Shown here one piece after another: positions 19,980 to 30,141 of a stretch of DNA of 62,417 bases (the first letter of the stretch is position 1; each line of letters begins with the position of its first letter). The position numbers and the translations under genes were made by a program. This DNA is from Verrucomicrobia subdivision 6 bacterium. GTDB lineage: Bacteria > Verrucomicrobiota > Verrucomicrobiia > Methylacidiphilales > Verrucolacustridaceae. The DNA is taken from assembly GCA_947442065.1 (NCBI GenBank), contig CANEUY010000001.1:1-62417 (forward strand), read 5' to 3'. A model generated the notes under the pieces. It searched no databases, was not told where the DNA came from, and saw only the letters and a program-made list of their open reading frames with translations.

Positions 19980-20495
19980 TCAAACATCCGAAAGTTTTTC
20001 AAGAATCCGCCCGAGAATCTGATCGGGGGTGCCGTCATCCACGGAGATCCTCAACTCGCTTTCCTCATATCCATTCCTTCTTTTTTCCCATTGGGCCTGG
20101 AGTTGGGGGAGGAGGGGACCGGAGGAAAGAAGAGGGCGGTCGTTGGATCTGGACAGACGCTCTGAGAGAACGGAAAGAGATGCCTGCAGATAGATCCGAA
20201 TTCCGTGGGTGGACATGATTTGCCGATTTACGGGATCGAGAACAACTCCCGCACCGCATGAAACAACGGCCGGCTGCAGCTTGGAAACCTCGGAAACAAT
20301 CCGGCTCTCAAGCTGACGGAATCGTGCTTCCCCGCCGTCTTTAAAGATCTCGGGAATCGAGCAACCCGCGGCTTCGGTGACCCGTTGATCTGTATCCACG
20401 AAAGAAAGGCCCAAACGGTCCGCGAGCAGGGGTCCGAGGGTGCTTTTACCCGATCCGCTGAGCCCCAAAAGCCATAGGTGGCATTTCTTCTTCAT
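19980..20495 (-). CDS. aroK: Shikimate kinase
   Basis: [23 protein letters not shown] and RPLL. Likely start ATG 20495. Confidence 0.9.
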   Translation of the reverse strand: MKKKCHLWLLGLSGSGKSTLGPLLADRLGLSFVDTDQRVTEAAGCSIPEIFKDGGEARFRQLESRIVSEVSKLQPAVVSCGAGVVLDPVNRQIMSTHGIRIYLQASLSVLSERLSRSNDRPLLSSGPLLPQLQAQWEKRRNGYEESELRISVDDGTPDQILGRILEKLSDV

Positions 20496-20586
20496 GATCC
20501 AATCGTGGCAGGGATCAGGGATTTGGGCGAGTGCGGTGGCAATTCCAAGGCTTGGGAAAAAGGCTGTTTTGAGGCAGGATAGGGGC

Positions 20587-21681
20587 ATGGGAAATACATT
20601 TGGCCACCTTTATCGGGTCACCACTTGGGGGGAATCCCATGGGGGCGGGGTGGGTGCGGTAGTGGATGGTTGTCCCCCGCAAATTGCACTTTCGGAAAAG
20701 GATCTACAGCCGGATCTGGATCGGCGCCGTCCCGGGCAGAGTAAAATTGTCACTCCCCGGAAAGAGGCGGACCGTTGTGAAATTCTTTCCGGTGTTTTCG
20801 GTGGAAAAACCTTGGGCACCCCGATTTCTGTCTGGGTAAAAAATGAGGATGCCCGCCCGGAAGCTTACCGGGAGATGGAGACGATGTTCCGTCCCAGTCA
20901 TGCGGACTACACCTATCAGGCAAAGTATGGGATCCGGAATTGGCAGGGAGGTGGACGCACCTCGGCCCGTGAAACAATCGGTCGAGTGATCGGGGGCTCC
21001 ATTGCCAAGAAGATGTTTCATCAACTAGCCCCCCGTTTGTCGGTAACGACCTTTGTTCGGCAGGTGGGTACTGTCGTGTCCAGGATGGATGCGGGACGTG
21101 TGGATATGCGGGAGGTGGAATCCAATCCTGTGCGTTGGCCCGATGCGAAGGAAGCGGCGCAGGTGGTGAAACTAATTGAGAGGGTGCGTTCCGAGGGAGA
21201 CTCCTTGGGCGGGTTGGTTGAGTGCGTGGTGCGGGGATGTCCGGTGGGTCTGGGGGAACCGGTTTTTGACCGGTTGGAGGCGGATCTTGCCAAAGCTGTC
21301 ATGAGTCTGCCGGCCAGCAAGGGATTCGAAATTGGTTCGGGATTTGCCGGAGCAGGGATGCGTGGCTCCGAGCACAATGACGAGTTTTATCTGGAGGGAA
21401 AGAAGGTGCGGACGCGGACCAATCGGAGCGGTGGGATACAGGGCGGAATCAGCAACGGGGAGGACATTGTCTTTCGGGTGGCCTTCAAGCCCGTAGCCAC
21501 CATTGCCAAGATGCAAAAAACCGTCGATGTGAAGGGGCGTCGTGCGGAATTAAAGGCCCGTGGACGCCATGACCCCTGCGTTCTTCCCCGGGCGGTTCCC
21601 ATGGTGGAGGCGATGACCCTTCTTGTGTTGGCGGATCATTATCTGCGGGATCGCGCGCAGACCGGATCGCCCCGCAAATAA
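20587..21681 (+). CDS. aroC: Chorismate synthase
   Basis: MGNTFG...[29 protein letters not shown] and RGRHDPCV. Confidence 0.97.
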   Translation: MGNTFGHLYRVTTWGESHGGGVGAVVDGCPPQIALSEKDLQPDLDRRRPGQSKIVTPRKEADRCEILSGVFGGKTLGTPISVWVKNEDARPEAYREMETMFRPSHADYTYQAKYGIRNWQGGGRTSARETIGRVIGGSIAKKMFHQLAPRLSVTTFVRQVGTVVSRMDAGRVDMREVESNPVRWPDAKEAAQVVKLIERVRSEGDSLGGLVECVVRGCPVGLGEPVFDRLEADLAKAVMSLPASKGFEIGSGFAGAGMRGSEHNDEFYLEGKKVRTRTNRSGGIQGGISNGEDIVFRVAFKPVATIAKMQKTVDVKGRRAELKARGRHDPCVLPRAVPMVEAMTLLVLADHYLRDRAQTGSPRK

Positions 21682-21682
21682 T

Positions 21683-22927
21683 TTAAAACGCGAAATTAGC
21701 GCCCAATTCGACCGTATTGGTCACAGGCGAACCGAACGTGATCTGTTGGTTGTCTCCCATGTCCACGGTGGGTTGGCTCGTTCCGTAATACTTGTAGGCC
21801 AAAGTCAGACTCAACTGTTCATAGAGGCGGTAGCGGCATCCGGCGGTGATTTGGTAGGCATTGTTCATGTCGTTGCCGGAACCGGATAATGTAATGGCTC
21901 CGGGGTAGGTGATGCTCCCGATGTTGAAGTAGTTCCATCCTCCCCCAAACCCCAAGTTCAGGTAGGGAATGAAACCGGTTGAATTGGGGTATTGGAAGCA
22001 TAGTTGGGCCAGGATCGGAACGCTCCAGTAGGTGCTGCTCGAGACGGTCATATTTTGGGTGTTCCCCCGGATCGCATTGACGGCGAAGCCTGTTTCCACG
22101 CTAAGACCAAACCAAGGGGTGAGCCAGACTCCGATGTCAAAGTCCTGACGATAGCCGGTGCTGAAGGCGATTTTCTTTTCAATGATTGGATTCGAGGGGC
22201 CTCCCGGTCCGACGACATTCACGAGGTTCATCGGACTGACGAAACGGGCCCCGAGTTCCGTCCGAGCATAAAACATGTCCTCCTCCATCTGGCTGGTCGA
22301 GATGGGGTGTTCGAGTAATTTTCCGGGCCAACCGATTTCCATTTCGCTCGGGGAAGTTTCAGGCGACATCAGTGAACTGGTGGATTCAGGAGATGGCAGA
22401 TTAGAAGGGGAGACCTCCGTTTGGGTCGCAGGGGAGGGTGCGCTCTCCATAGATGCGGGCACGGGCGAAGTTTGAGTCGGAGGTTGGGGTATCGGGGGAT
22501 TCGCCGGCAATGGAGTCTTTTCAAAAATGACCATACCCGAGGGGTTTCCATCCATCCGATCCACCCGATTGGATTCGGACAGAGTGATCCGAAGGCCTGA
22601 CTTTGGAGGCAGGGTGACGTTGGAATCCTCAAGGTGAAAGGTGACAGGGGAAGAAGCACTGGCGGGCAAGCTGACGAGAATGGTTTTTTTTCCTGCGGAA
22701 TTGAATCCGAAACTCACATTACAACTTTGCCCGTTGAGCTGAATCGATTGTCGAGGGGTACCTTGTTTCACAAACTCAGCAATCCCCCCTTGGGCATCCC
22801 GGACGATGAACGAGCCATCTTCCTGGATGGCAACATTGGCCATTGAAGCGGAAAAAACGGAGTGGGAGCAGAAAAGAGAAAGGAAAAATACCCCAAGTCG
22901 CTGAATGACAGATCTCCCCTTTTGCAT
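21683..22927 (-). CDS. Secreted protein with N-terminal domain, P/S/T linker and C-terminal outer-membrane beta-barrel
   Basis: Signal peptide, a Pro/Ser/Thr-rich linker, amphipathic strands (PYLNLGFG, YQITAGCRY, LTLAYKYY) and a terminal Phe (ELGANFAF). Confidence 0.72.
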   Translation of the reverse strand: MQKGRSVIQRLGVFFLSLFCSHSVFSASMANVAIQEDGSFIVRDAQGGIAEFVKQGTPRQSIQLNGQSCNVSFGFNSAGKKTILVSLPASASSPVTFHLEDSNVTLPPKSGLRITLSESNRVDRMDGNPSGMVIFEKTPLPANPPIPQPPTQTSPVPASMESAPSPATQTEVSPSNLPSPESTSSLMSPETSPSEMEIGWPGKLLEHPISTSQMEEDMFYARTELGARFVSPMNLVNVVGPGGPSNPIIEKKIAFSTGYRQDFDIGVWLTPWFGLSVETGFAVNAIRGNTQNMTVSSSTYWSVPILAQLCFQYPNSTGFIPYLNLGFGGGWNYFNIGSITYPGAITLSGSGNDMNNAYQITAGCRYRLYEQLSLTLAYKYYGTSQPTVDMGDNQQITFGSPVTNTVELGANFAF

Positions 22928-23031
22928 CCCACTATAAGCGGGAAAAAGAGAGGTATTGTCGAACCTTGCCCAAAGGGGTTGTCGACAAGACGAAGCGGAT
23001 CATTGTGATTGTAAGCGGTTGATGGATAGAT

Positions 23032-23844
23032 TTATCGAGCAGGAAAGAGGGGATTATTGAGAAGATATTTTGTCATGATCTGGTGTCCGCCCAATAACCA
23101 AAGGAGGGCAGCCAATGCCAAGTAGGGACCGTAGGGCACTTTGACTCCAAGCTTTCTTTTTCTGGGCAAAAGAATGCCGATCCCAACCGCTGTTCCAAGC
23201 ATGGAGGAAACTGCCAAAATAAAGGGTAAACTTGGCCAACCGAGAAAAGCTCCCAAAGCGGCAAGAAGTTTGGCGTCCCCAATCCCCATGGCTTCCTTTT
23301 GAAGGAGCCAGGAAGCGATCCGGGCCACCAACCAAAGAAGTCCGCCCGCCAAGGCGGCTGACAGGGAGGAGAAAATCATGGCGTCGACCCGATCCTCCCG
23401 GCCTTGGAGTTCTGGGATCAAATAACTGAGGCAGATTCCGGCCACCACCCCGCCGATGGTCAGGGCATCCGGAATGACGAGATAATCGAGGTCGATTCCC
23501 GAGGCAACGATCAGTCCTGCAACGAGCAAGACATAGACGAAAAAAAGCTGCGGCGGGTAAATAAACCAAAGGGCCGTGCAAAAAACCGCAGTTCCTGCCT
23601 CGACGAGCGGATCACGGGGATCCAGACGGGCGCCACAACAACGGGCTTTCCCGTGTAACAGAAAATATCCCAGGACAGGCAGATTCAAGTAACCGGGTAA
23701 TTTCAATCCGCAGGCCGAGCAACGGGATGGGGGTCGTACGATAGATTGTCCGAGAGGAATGCGAAGAATGCAGACATTCAGGAAGGAGCCCAGGCAGGCG
23801 CCGAACACAAAAACCATGAACCCAAAAAAAAGGGCATGAATCAT
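23032..23844 (-). CDS. pilD: Type IV prepilin peptidase
   Basis: GSFLNVCILRIP, PPSRCSAC, IDLDYLVIPD, MGIGDAKL and PYGPYLA. Confidence 0.9.
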   Translation of the reverse strand: MIHALFFGFMVFVFGACLGSFLNVCILRIPLGQSIVRPPSRCSACGLKLPGYLNLPVLGYFLLHGKARCCGARLDPRDPLVEAGTAVFCTALWFIYPPQLFFVYVLLVAGLIVASGIDLDYLVIPDALTIGGVVAGICLSYLIPELQGREDRVDAMIFSSLSAALAGGLLWLVARIASWLLQKEAMGIGDAKLLAALGAFLGWPSLPFILAVSSMLGTAVGIGILLPRKRKLGVKVPYGPYLALAALLWLLGGHQIMTKYLLNNPLFPAR

Positions 23845-24737
23845 TTTTCCCTCTCAGCGGCCTGCCAAAGGGCTTGGCGCATGGCCGCCTTCGGTGCCGT
23901 TTTCCCTGTCCAGATTTCCCATGATAAAATCCCTTGTTGGAGGAGCATGGCCAGGCCGTCTTCGGCGGAACAACCGCGTTCCCGAGAGGCACGGACCAAT
24001 GGAGTGAATCCTTTGCGGTAAATTGTGTCATAGACCTTCAACTTGGCGTTGAGGAAATGAGCCGGAATGGGTAAGGGATCCGTCTCCCGTAGACCGAGGC
24101 TGGTGGCTTGGACGATCAGGTCGGTCTTTTTTAAGGTGGTTTCCAGATTGGCATCGGTCCATGGCAGAAAAGAAAGAGGGAAACGACCGTCCACAATAGG
24201 TTTTAATTCGAGATTCAATAGCTCGGCCCTGCGGGGATCCCGGTTCATGAGGATCAAAGAACCACAACCGCTCCGGGCCAAGCGGCGGGCGATGGATTGG
24301 CCAACACCTCCGCAACCAAGAATAAGAATCTGAAGATTGTTCAATGGCACGGCCCATGTTTCCTGAATGGCAGCCTCCCAGCCTCCCGCATCCGTGCTGA
24401 ATCCATGCAGTTGACGGCCTTCCACCCGGACGGTGTTGACCGATTGGGCTTCGATCGCGGAAGGATCTTTTTGGGTGACGATCCGGAACATTTCCGTCTT
24501 ATGAGGCAAGGTGCAGTTCCATCCTTGAAATCCGGCTTCGAGAAGACGCGGGATTGCCTTCGCGAGATCATCCTTGGGAATTTCGATCCGGAAGTACTCG
24601 GCGTCCAAGCCTGCCGCTTGAAATCCCGCCAGCTGCATGGCGGGAGAAAGGGAGTGGGCAATCGGGGATCCGATGACGCCGTAACGAAACCTTCCGGATT
24701 GGGGAGGGGGGAGGGATTCGGGGGTGAAAACTTCCAT
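23841..24737 (-). CDS. aroE: Shikimate dehydrogenase
   Basis: GSPIAHSLSP, NCTLPHK, SVNT, LGCGGVG and DGLAMLLQQG. Likely start ATG 24737. Confidence 0.92.
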   Translation of the reverse strand: MEVFTPESLPPPQSGRFRYGVIGSPIAHSLSPAMQLAGFQAAGLDAEYFRIEIPKDDLAKAIPRLLEAGFQGWNCTLPHKTEMFRIVTQKDPSAIEAQSVNTVRVEGRQLHGFSTDAGGWEAAIQETWAVPLNNLQILILGCGGVGQSIARRLARSGCGSLILMNRDPRRAELLNLELKPIVDGRFPLSFLPWTDANLETTLKKTDLIVQATSLGLRETDPLPIPAHFLNAKLKVYDTIYRKGFTPLVRASRERGCSAEDGLAMLLQQGILSWEIWTGKTAPKAAMRQALWQAAEREK

Positions 24738-24835
24738 GCGCACCCCCCCATTGAGCCATCGGAAGGCTTTCCCGCCCAACAAAAACGCTCGTCGCCCAAG
24801 TTGCCCGAAAGGCGGGTTTCCCTTACCATGAGTTC

Positions 24836-25720
24836 TTGAGCAAGCACCATCCATTGGCTTCCGAAATGATCCGTTCCTATGCGGAACTAGCGGCCATCAA
24901 TCATTTGGGCGGGGCGCAATTGCCTTCCAAGGCGGCCGTGGCCGCGATTACAGAAGATCTTCTGCATCTGCTTTTCCCGGGATTTTATGATGGAGATCAT
25001 CTTGAAGGAAAAGAACTGGGACCGGCCATTACCGATCTTCTGGGCTCGCTTGAAAAGGCATTGATCCGGGAAATCGGAAAAAGTCTCCCGAAGACCGGAG
25101 AGTCGGCGGAGGCCAAGGTTTTGGCTTTTCTGCACAGATTGCCGGCGGTCCGGGCGATTCTAAAAACCGATGTCGAAGCGGTCATGACCGGTGATCCGGC
25201 GGCCCGGAACGTGGAGGAAATTCTTCTGGCTTACCCCGGCGTGGAGGCGATTGCCGTCCAGAGAATGGCCCATGAACTCCATCTACTGGGAGTGCCACTT
25301 TTTCCCCGAATGATGACGGAATGGGCCCATAGCCGAACCGGAATCGATATTCATCCGGGAGCCGTGATTGGCCCCTCATTTTTCATCGATCATGGAACCG
25401 GCATCGTCATTGGGGAAACCACGGAAATAGGAAAAGAAGTCCGGATTTATCACGGGGTGACCTTGGGGGCCCGGTCGGTGACGGGAGCGCAATCCCTGCG
25501 GGGCCGCAAGCGCCATCCCACGATTGAGGATCGGGTGACGATCTATCCGGGTGCCACTATTCTTGGGGGAGAAACGGTAGTGGGAGAGGGGAGCACCATC
25601 GGAGGAGGTGTTTTTCTGGCCAAAAGCGTTCCCCCCCATCATCTGGTTTTTGCAGAGCACGCAGCACTGAAAATCATGCCCAAGTCGGAACGACCTCAAG
25701 GCAGCGAATACACCATCTGA
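24836..25720 (+). CDS. cysE: Serine O-acetyltransferase
   Basis: GDPAA, YPG, TGIDIHPGA, FFIDHGTGIVIGET and KRHPTIED. Confidence 0.92.
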   Translation: MSKHHPLASEMIRSYAELAAINHLGGAQLPSKAAVAAITEDLLHLLFPGFYDGDHLEGKELGPAITDLLGSLEKALIREIGKSLPKTGESAEAKVLAFLHRLPAVRAILKTDVEAVMTGDPAARNVEEILLAYPGVEAIAVQRMAHELHLLGVPLFPRMMTEWAHSRTGIDIHPGAVIGPSFFIDHGTGIVIGETTEIGKEVRIYHGVTLGARSVTGAQSLRGRKRHPTIEDRVTIYPGATILGGETVVGEGSTIGGGVFLAKSVPPHHLVFAEHAALKIMPKSERPQGSEYTI

Positions 25721-25775
25721 ATAACCCCTATTTTTCTGGTTCGCCTTCCCCGTTGTTTCTCCCGTAGGATTTGTT

Positions 25776-26861
25776 GTGAACTCATCCCGTCTTTTGCATG
25801 AAATGGAGCGGCTCCCCGCGCTTTTGGAGCAGGAGTTGCAGGCCTTTTTTCACCGGCAAAAAGAGAGATATGAATACGGGGATCTCTTTGAGCCGATTTT
25901 TTTCGACATGTGCGAATTTGTCGGAAGAAAAGGGAAGCGCATCCGTCCGTTGCTTTTTCTTCTCACTTACCGGGCTTTGGGTGGGGTGAAGGATTTGGCC
26001 GACAGGACCTTGATTCAAGCGGCTCTTTCCCTTGAACTGTTGCATGCCTTCGTGTTGGTCCATGACGATCTGATTGATCGGTCGGAAAAAAGAAGGGGTC
26101 TTCCCACCTTTCACAAGCTGGTGGAACAAAGGCAAGGCCGCTTAGGGGGGGCAGAACGAACCGGACAGGGTGTGGCTTTGGTCGTGGGGGATCTTCTTTT
26201 CGCCTTGGCGGTGGAAACCCTGCAACAGAGTTCTTTTTCCCCTGAATTGCGTCAACAGGCCTTGGGAAAACTTCTGTCCTATGTGACCGATACCGGGGTG
26301 GGCGAAATTTTTGACATTCTCCTGGGACCCCGGGATATCGGAAGGGTTAGCCGCGAGGATATTGAAAAGACCTATCTGCTGAAAACCACCCGCTACACCT
26401 TCGAGGCGCCCTGCGTCATCGGGGCTATCCTTGCCGGAGCTTCCCCGGAGAAAGCGGAAGATTTGGCCAAAGTGATGGAACCTCTCGGCCTTGCCTTTCA
26501 GATTCAGAATGACCTTTTGGAGTTTTCCCATTTTGACAGCCGGGACCAACTCCTCCCGACGGATCTTCTGGAAGGAAAAAAAACGCTACTGATTCATGAA
26601 GCGTATCAACGACTGGGGGAGGTCGACCGTTCCTTTTTGCAGATGTGCCTCCATTCTCCCGCCCGGAACGAGGCGTCGATTTCCAAGGTGCAGGATCTTC
26701 TCCGTAAGTCCGGGGCGATCCAGACCATGCAGGAGCGTTGCACATCCCTCTTCGCGGAAGCGAATGAGCAATTGGCCCAGTCCCATCTTGGCTCCGAGGA
26801 ACGGGAGGCCATTGCCCGGGCGATCGAATGGGTTCGCCAGTCGGTCCGGGTGGGCGGCTAG
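25776..26861 (+). CDS. Polyprenyl diphosphate synthase (GGPP synthase-like, CrtE/IdsA)
   Basis: GKRIRP, LVHDDLID...RRG, KTTRYT, AFQIQNDL and DLLEGKKT. Lies directly upstream of crtB. Confidence 0.85.
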   Translation: MNSSRLLHEMERLPALLEQELQAFFHRQKERYEYGDLFEPIFFDMCEFVGRKGKRIRPLLFLLTYRALGGVKDLADRTLIQAALSLELLHAFVLVHDDLIDRSEKRRGLPTFHKLVEQRQGRLGGAERTGQGVALVVGDLLFALAVETLQQSSFSPELRQQALGKLLSYVTDTGVGEIFDILLGPRDIGRVSREDIEKTYLLKTTRYTFEAPCVIGAILAGASPEKAEDLAKVMEPLGLAFQIQNDLLEFSHFDSRDQLLPTDLLEGKKTLLIHEAYQRLGEVDRSFLQMCLHSPARNEASISKVQDLLRKSGAIQTMQERCTSLFAEANEQLAQSHLGSEEREAIARAIEWVRQSVRVGG

Positions 26862-26864
26862 TTC

Positions 26865-27740
26865 TTGGAAAAACCTTCCGTCCGCCTTCGGGCCTCGTTC
26901 GACGCAGCCCGGGCCATCACCCGGGAACATGCCCGGACTTTTTTCTTCGCCTCCCACGCCTTGTCGGAAGAATTACGAAACGACGCCTACGCCGTGTATG
27001 CCTGCTGTCGTTCCATCGATGATGCGGTGGACCGAGCGGCAGCCCGGGGGGAAACCGTTCGACCTGAAGTGGCGGGGGAGATTCTCGTCCGTGCGTTTGA
27101 AGCCGGAGGGGACCTTTCCGGGGAAGAGTGGATGCCGGCCTTTCGCGACACAGTAGTCCGAAAAAAAATCCGGCGTAGGTGGTTTGAGGATCTTGCATTG
27201 GGGGTGGCCGGGGATGCCGGACCCGTTGATTTGCAGACTTGGGAGGAACTGGATCTCTACTGCTACCGGGTGGCGGGAACGGTCGGCCTGATGATGATGA
27301 GGGTCTTCGGTTCGGAGGATCCGGCGGCCGAACCACGAGCCTTGGATCTCGGACGCGGGATGCAGTTAACCAATATTCTGCGGGACATCTGGGAGGATGC
27401 GCGATCCGGCAGAATCTATCTTCCGAAAATGGAGAGGGAACAGTACGGAGTCAGGAAAGAGGACCTTCTGGCCGGACGGCCTTCGGGCCACTGGGCCGAG
27501 TTTATGCAGTTCCAAGTGGAACGGGCCCGCGAGCAGTATCGCTCGGCCGAGCCGGGGATCGGCATGTTGCCGGCGGGAGGCGCAAGGATGTCTGTCTGGC
27601 TGATGCGGGAGTTGTATGCCGGAATTCTGGATCCCCTCGAAGCTTCCGGGTACGACGTTTTCTCGAAACGCCACTCGCTCTCGATGGGGCAAAAACTTTT
27701 GCGAGGATTGGGGATTTGGTGGAAAAAGAGAAAAGCTTAA
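26865..27740 (+). CDS. crtB: Phytoene synthase
   Basis: HARTFFFAS, YACCRSIDDAVD, YCYRVAGTVG and QLTNILRDIWEDARSGRIYLP. Context: prenyl synthase upstream and a CruF-like gene downstream. Confidence 0.82.
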   Translation: MEKPSVRLRASFDAARAITREHARTFFFASHALSEELRNDAYAVYACCRSIDDAVDRAAARGETVRPEVAGEILVRAFEAGGDLSGEEWMPAFRDTVVRKKIRRRWFEDLALGVAGDAGPVDLQTWEELDLYCYRVAGTVGLMMMRVFGSEDPAAEPRALDLGRGMQLTNILRDIWEDARSGRIYLPKMEREQYGVRKEDLLAGRPSGHWAEFMQFQVERAREQYRSAEPGIGMLPAGGARMSVWLMRELYAGILDPLEASGYDVFSKRHSLSMGQKLLRGLGIWWKKRKA

Positions 27741-27755
27741 ACTCGGCGGAGTATC

Positions 27756-28472
27756 TCAAACTCCATGCGCCATTCGGGCGGCAAGGAAAAGGCCGGACAT
27801 AATCCCCAGAGTGATGGCGGGGCGGGGGTCGGACTTTCGGGCGGGTTCGGCATAAATCGGGGTGATCCAGGCCAAGAGGGAACTAAAAATGAACCAGGAG
27901 AAGAAATTCTGGGGAGGCACCACATTGCCTGCCCAATGCCAATATCCCCGGATGGCATAGGCAAACGGTTCCATTAAAAAATCAAAAAGCATGGTCACGG
28001 CTCCGGTCGCGATGGCGATGGGAGCCCGGGAGCCTCCGCGCCAGTATTGGCTCAGGCTTAGATTTGCGCCGGCCACGACCGCGAACCAAGCCAGGGGAAT
28101 TGCCAAGGGGAGAACCCCGCCCATCCGCGGGCCAAACGCATCCGTGTACTGGTAGGAACCGAAGGGAATGCCGCTCAAGGTGCCGACGGTCTCCAGTAGC
28201 GCGGAGGAAGCCAGAATGATGGCCGCGGTGAGACGGGCTTTGCGAAGGCCGATCCGGTCGACTGTCGAGAAGTAGACATGGCTGGCGGCCAAAAGCATCG
28301 ATACGAAATCACCGTTTTTGAGGCAGATCCCCACAAATCCCCTCAGCCAATTAGGCAACGGTAGTGTGTCCGCCCAAGCCGGAGTCAGCCGGAAGGTGAC
28401 TGCCAAGAGGCCGATCCCGGCCCAGGCCAGAAAAAACTTCCAAAGAAATTCGCGCAGCCGGTTGGAAATCAT
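27756..28472 (-). CDS. Carotenoid 1,2-hydratase CruF-like membrane protein (DUF422)
   Basis: E.VG..SGIPFGSYQYT, VLPLAIPLAW, FDFLMEP, GYWHW and PPQNFFSW. Confidence 0.82.
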   Translation of the reverse strand: MISNRLREFLWKFFLAWAGIGLLAVTFRLTPAWADTLPLPNWLRGFVGICLKNGDFVSMLLAASHVYFSTVDRIGLRKARLTAAIILASSALLETVGTLSGIPFGSYQYTDAFGPRMGGVLPLAIPLAWFAVVAGANLSLSQYWRGGSRAPIAIATGAVTMLFDFLMEPFAYAIRGYWHWAGNVVPPQNFFSWFIFSSLLAWITPIYAEPARKSDPRPAITLGIMSGLFLAARMAHGV

Positions 28473-28553
28473 GAGTTGAGGTAAGAGCAGGAAGCTTGTT
28501 CCGACAAGTCTCGCCAACGTTGACTCGGACCTCCTTGGGAACGAAAAGAGAAC

Positions 28554-30107
28554 ATGCTTGGAATCCCCATGGGTGGATGGATCTGTGCCGGTTTGACCGG
28601 ATTGGCGCTGACCTTTGGATTTGCCCCCTTCAGTCAGCCTCTGGCCGGATGGTTGGCGTTGATTCCTTTGGCCTACTATGGGGTGCGGGAAAGGCCAGAT
28701 TTACGGCAAAGCTTCGTGCTGGGCTGGTTTGCAGGTGTGACCCATTTTCTGACGACTTTCAGCTGGCTGACATCGGTCACGGTGGCGGGTTGGTTCGTCC
28801 TGTGTTTGTACATGGCGATCTACCCCGCACTTTGGTTTGTTCTGTGGGTTCGGTTTGCAGGTGGGGATGTGGACCGAATGACGAGTGCCGGAAATATCCG
28901 TCATGTGGTTCTCGGGGCTTCGGCTTGGGTCCTAACCGAGTGGTTGCGGGGGATCGTTTTTAGCGGATTTGGTTGGAATGGGTTGGGGGTATCCCAAGCA
29001 AACCTTCTCCTTTTGGCTCAGGTTGCGGATTTGGGAGGAGTTCCATTGGTTTCCTGGGTGGTGGCGTTTGGTGGATTGACCCTGACTCTGACGGCCCGGC
29101 GTTTTGAATTGGAAATTCGCGGCGCCCAAAAATGGAAGCCGAGGTGGGATTTTACGGCCGGTGTTTTCGTTCTGGGGATGACGATGGTGTATGGAGCGAG
29201 AGCGGTTCTTCATCCAAATGAAAAAGCGGTTCACACCCTGAGCTATGCGGCGATCCAGCCGGCCGTGCCGCAGGATCCCTGGCGGTCGGCCAAAATGGCC
29301 CAAGTGGCCGAGCAACTTGTCGAATGGTCGGAGATCGCCCTCACAGGGAATGGGGCGATGGATCTGTTGGTTTGGCCGGAAAGTCTGGCTGGGACCGGGT
29401 GGAGGGAGGAACCGGAGTTTCAAAGAGCGGTTCAGAAGGTGCGAAGAGAGGGAGCCCGCTCCCTGCTCACGGGTTCGTTGGATATCCGCGGCGCGAAGAC
29501 ATTCAACAGTGCCGTCTTGTTTACCGGGGAAGAAGGGTGTGCTCCCCAAGTCTATGACAAAAACCATCTGGTGATTATGGGGGAGTATGTTCCCTTGGCC
29601 GGAATCTTTCCCTGGTTGAGGAAACTGGTTCCTCCGGGGGGAGATCTGACGGCAGGAGAGTCAGTGGGGATTCTGGAACTGGCCGACAGCAAAGTGAAAA
29701 TTGCTCCCCTGATCTGTTTTGAGGATTCGGTGGCCAGAGTGGTCAGGAGGGCGGCCCAAAAGTTTCCGCATCTTCTGGTGAATCTGACCAACGATGCCTG
29801 GTTTGGGAAGTCGGCTGGAGCGAAACAGCATCTGGAGAATGCGCGTTTCCGGGCCATCGAAACCAGGTTGCCACTTTTGCGGGCGACGAACGATGGGGTG
29901 ACAGCCTTGATTAGCACGCGGGGGGTAATTCTTTCGGAAGTGTGGGACCCTGAGGCCCAATCCTATCGTTTGCCCGGATTTCTTCGTGGGGAGATCGATC
30001 TGGTTGAGCCCACAGCCTCGCTTTACACGAAATGGGGAGATTGGCCGGTTTGGGTCTCCATGGGGGTGGTTTTGGCGGGACTGATCCGCTTTCGGGATGT
30101 CACTTGA
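28554..30107 (+). CDS. lnt: Apolipoprotein N-acyltransferase
   Basis: Multi-TM N-terminus plus the nitrilase triad motifs VWPES, YDKNHLV..GEYVP and PLICFED, and NLTNDAWF. Confidence 0.93.
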   Translation: MLGIPMGGWICAGLTGLALTFGFAPFSQPLAGWLALIPLAYYGVRERPDLRQSFVLGWFAGVTHFLTTFSWLTSVTVAGWFVLCLYMAIYPALWFVLWVRFAGGDVDRMTSAGNIRHVVLGASAWVLTEWLRGIVFSGFGWNGLGVSQANLLLLAQVADLGGVPLVSWVVAFGGLTLTLTARRFELEIRGAQKWKPRWDFTAGVFVLGMTMVYGARAVLHPNEKAVHTLSYAAIQPAVPQDPWRSAKMAQVAEQLVEWSEIALTGNGAMDLLVWPESLAGTGWREEPEFQRAVQKVRREGARSLLTGSLDIRGAKTFNSAVLFTGEEGCAPQVYDKNHLVIMGEYVPLAGIFPWLRKLVPPGGDLTAGESVGILELADSKVKIAPLICFEDSVARVVRRAAQKFPHLLVNLTNDAWFGKSAGAKQHLENARFRAIETRLPLLRATNDGVTALISTRGVILSEVWDPEAQSYRLPGFLRGEIDLVEPTASLYTKWGDWPVWVSMGVVLAGLIRFRDVT

Positions 30108-30141
30108 GCCCTTGGGGATTTTCGGGCATTTTGAGAAAGTC

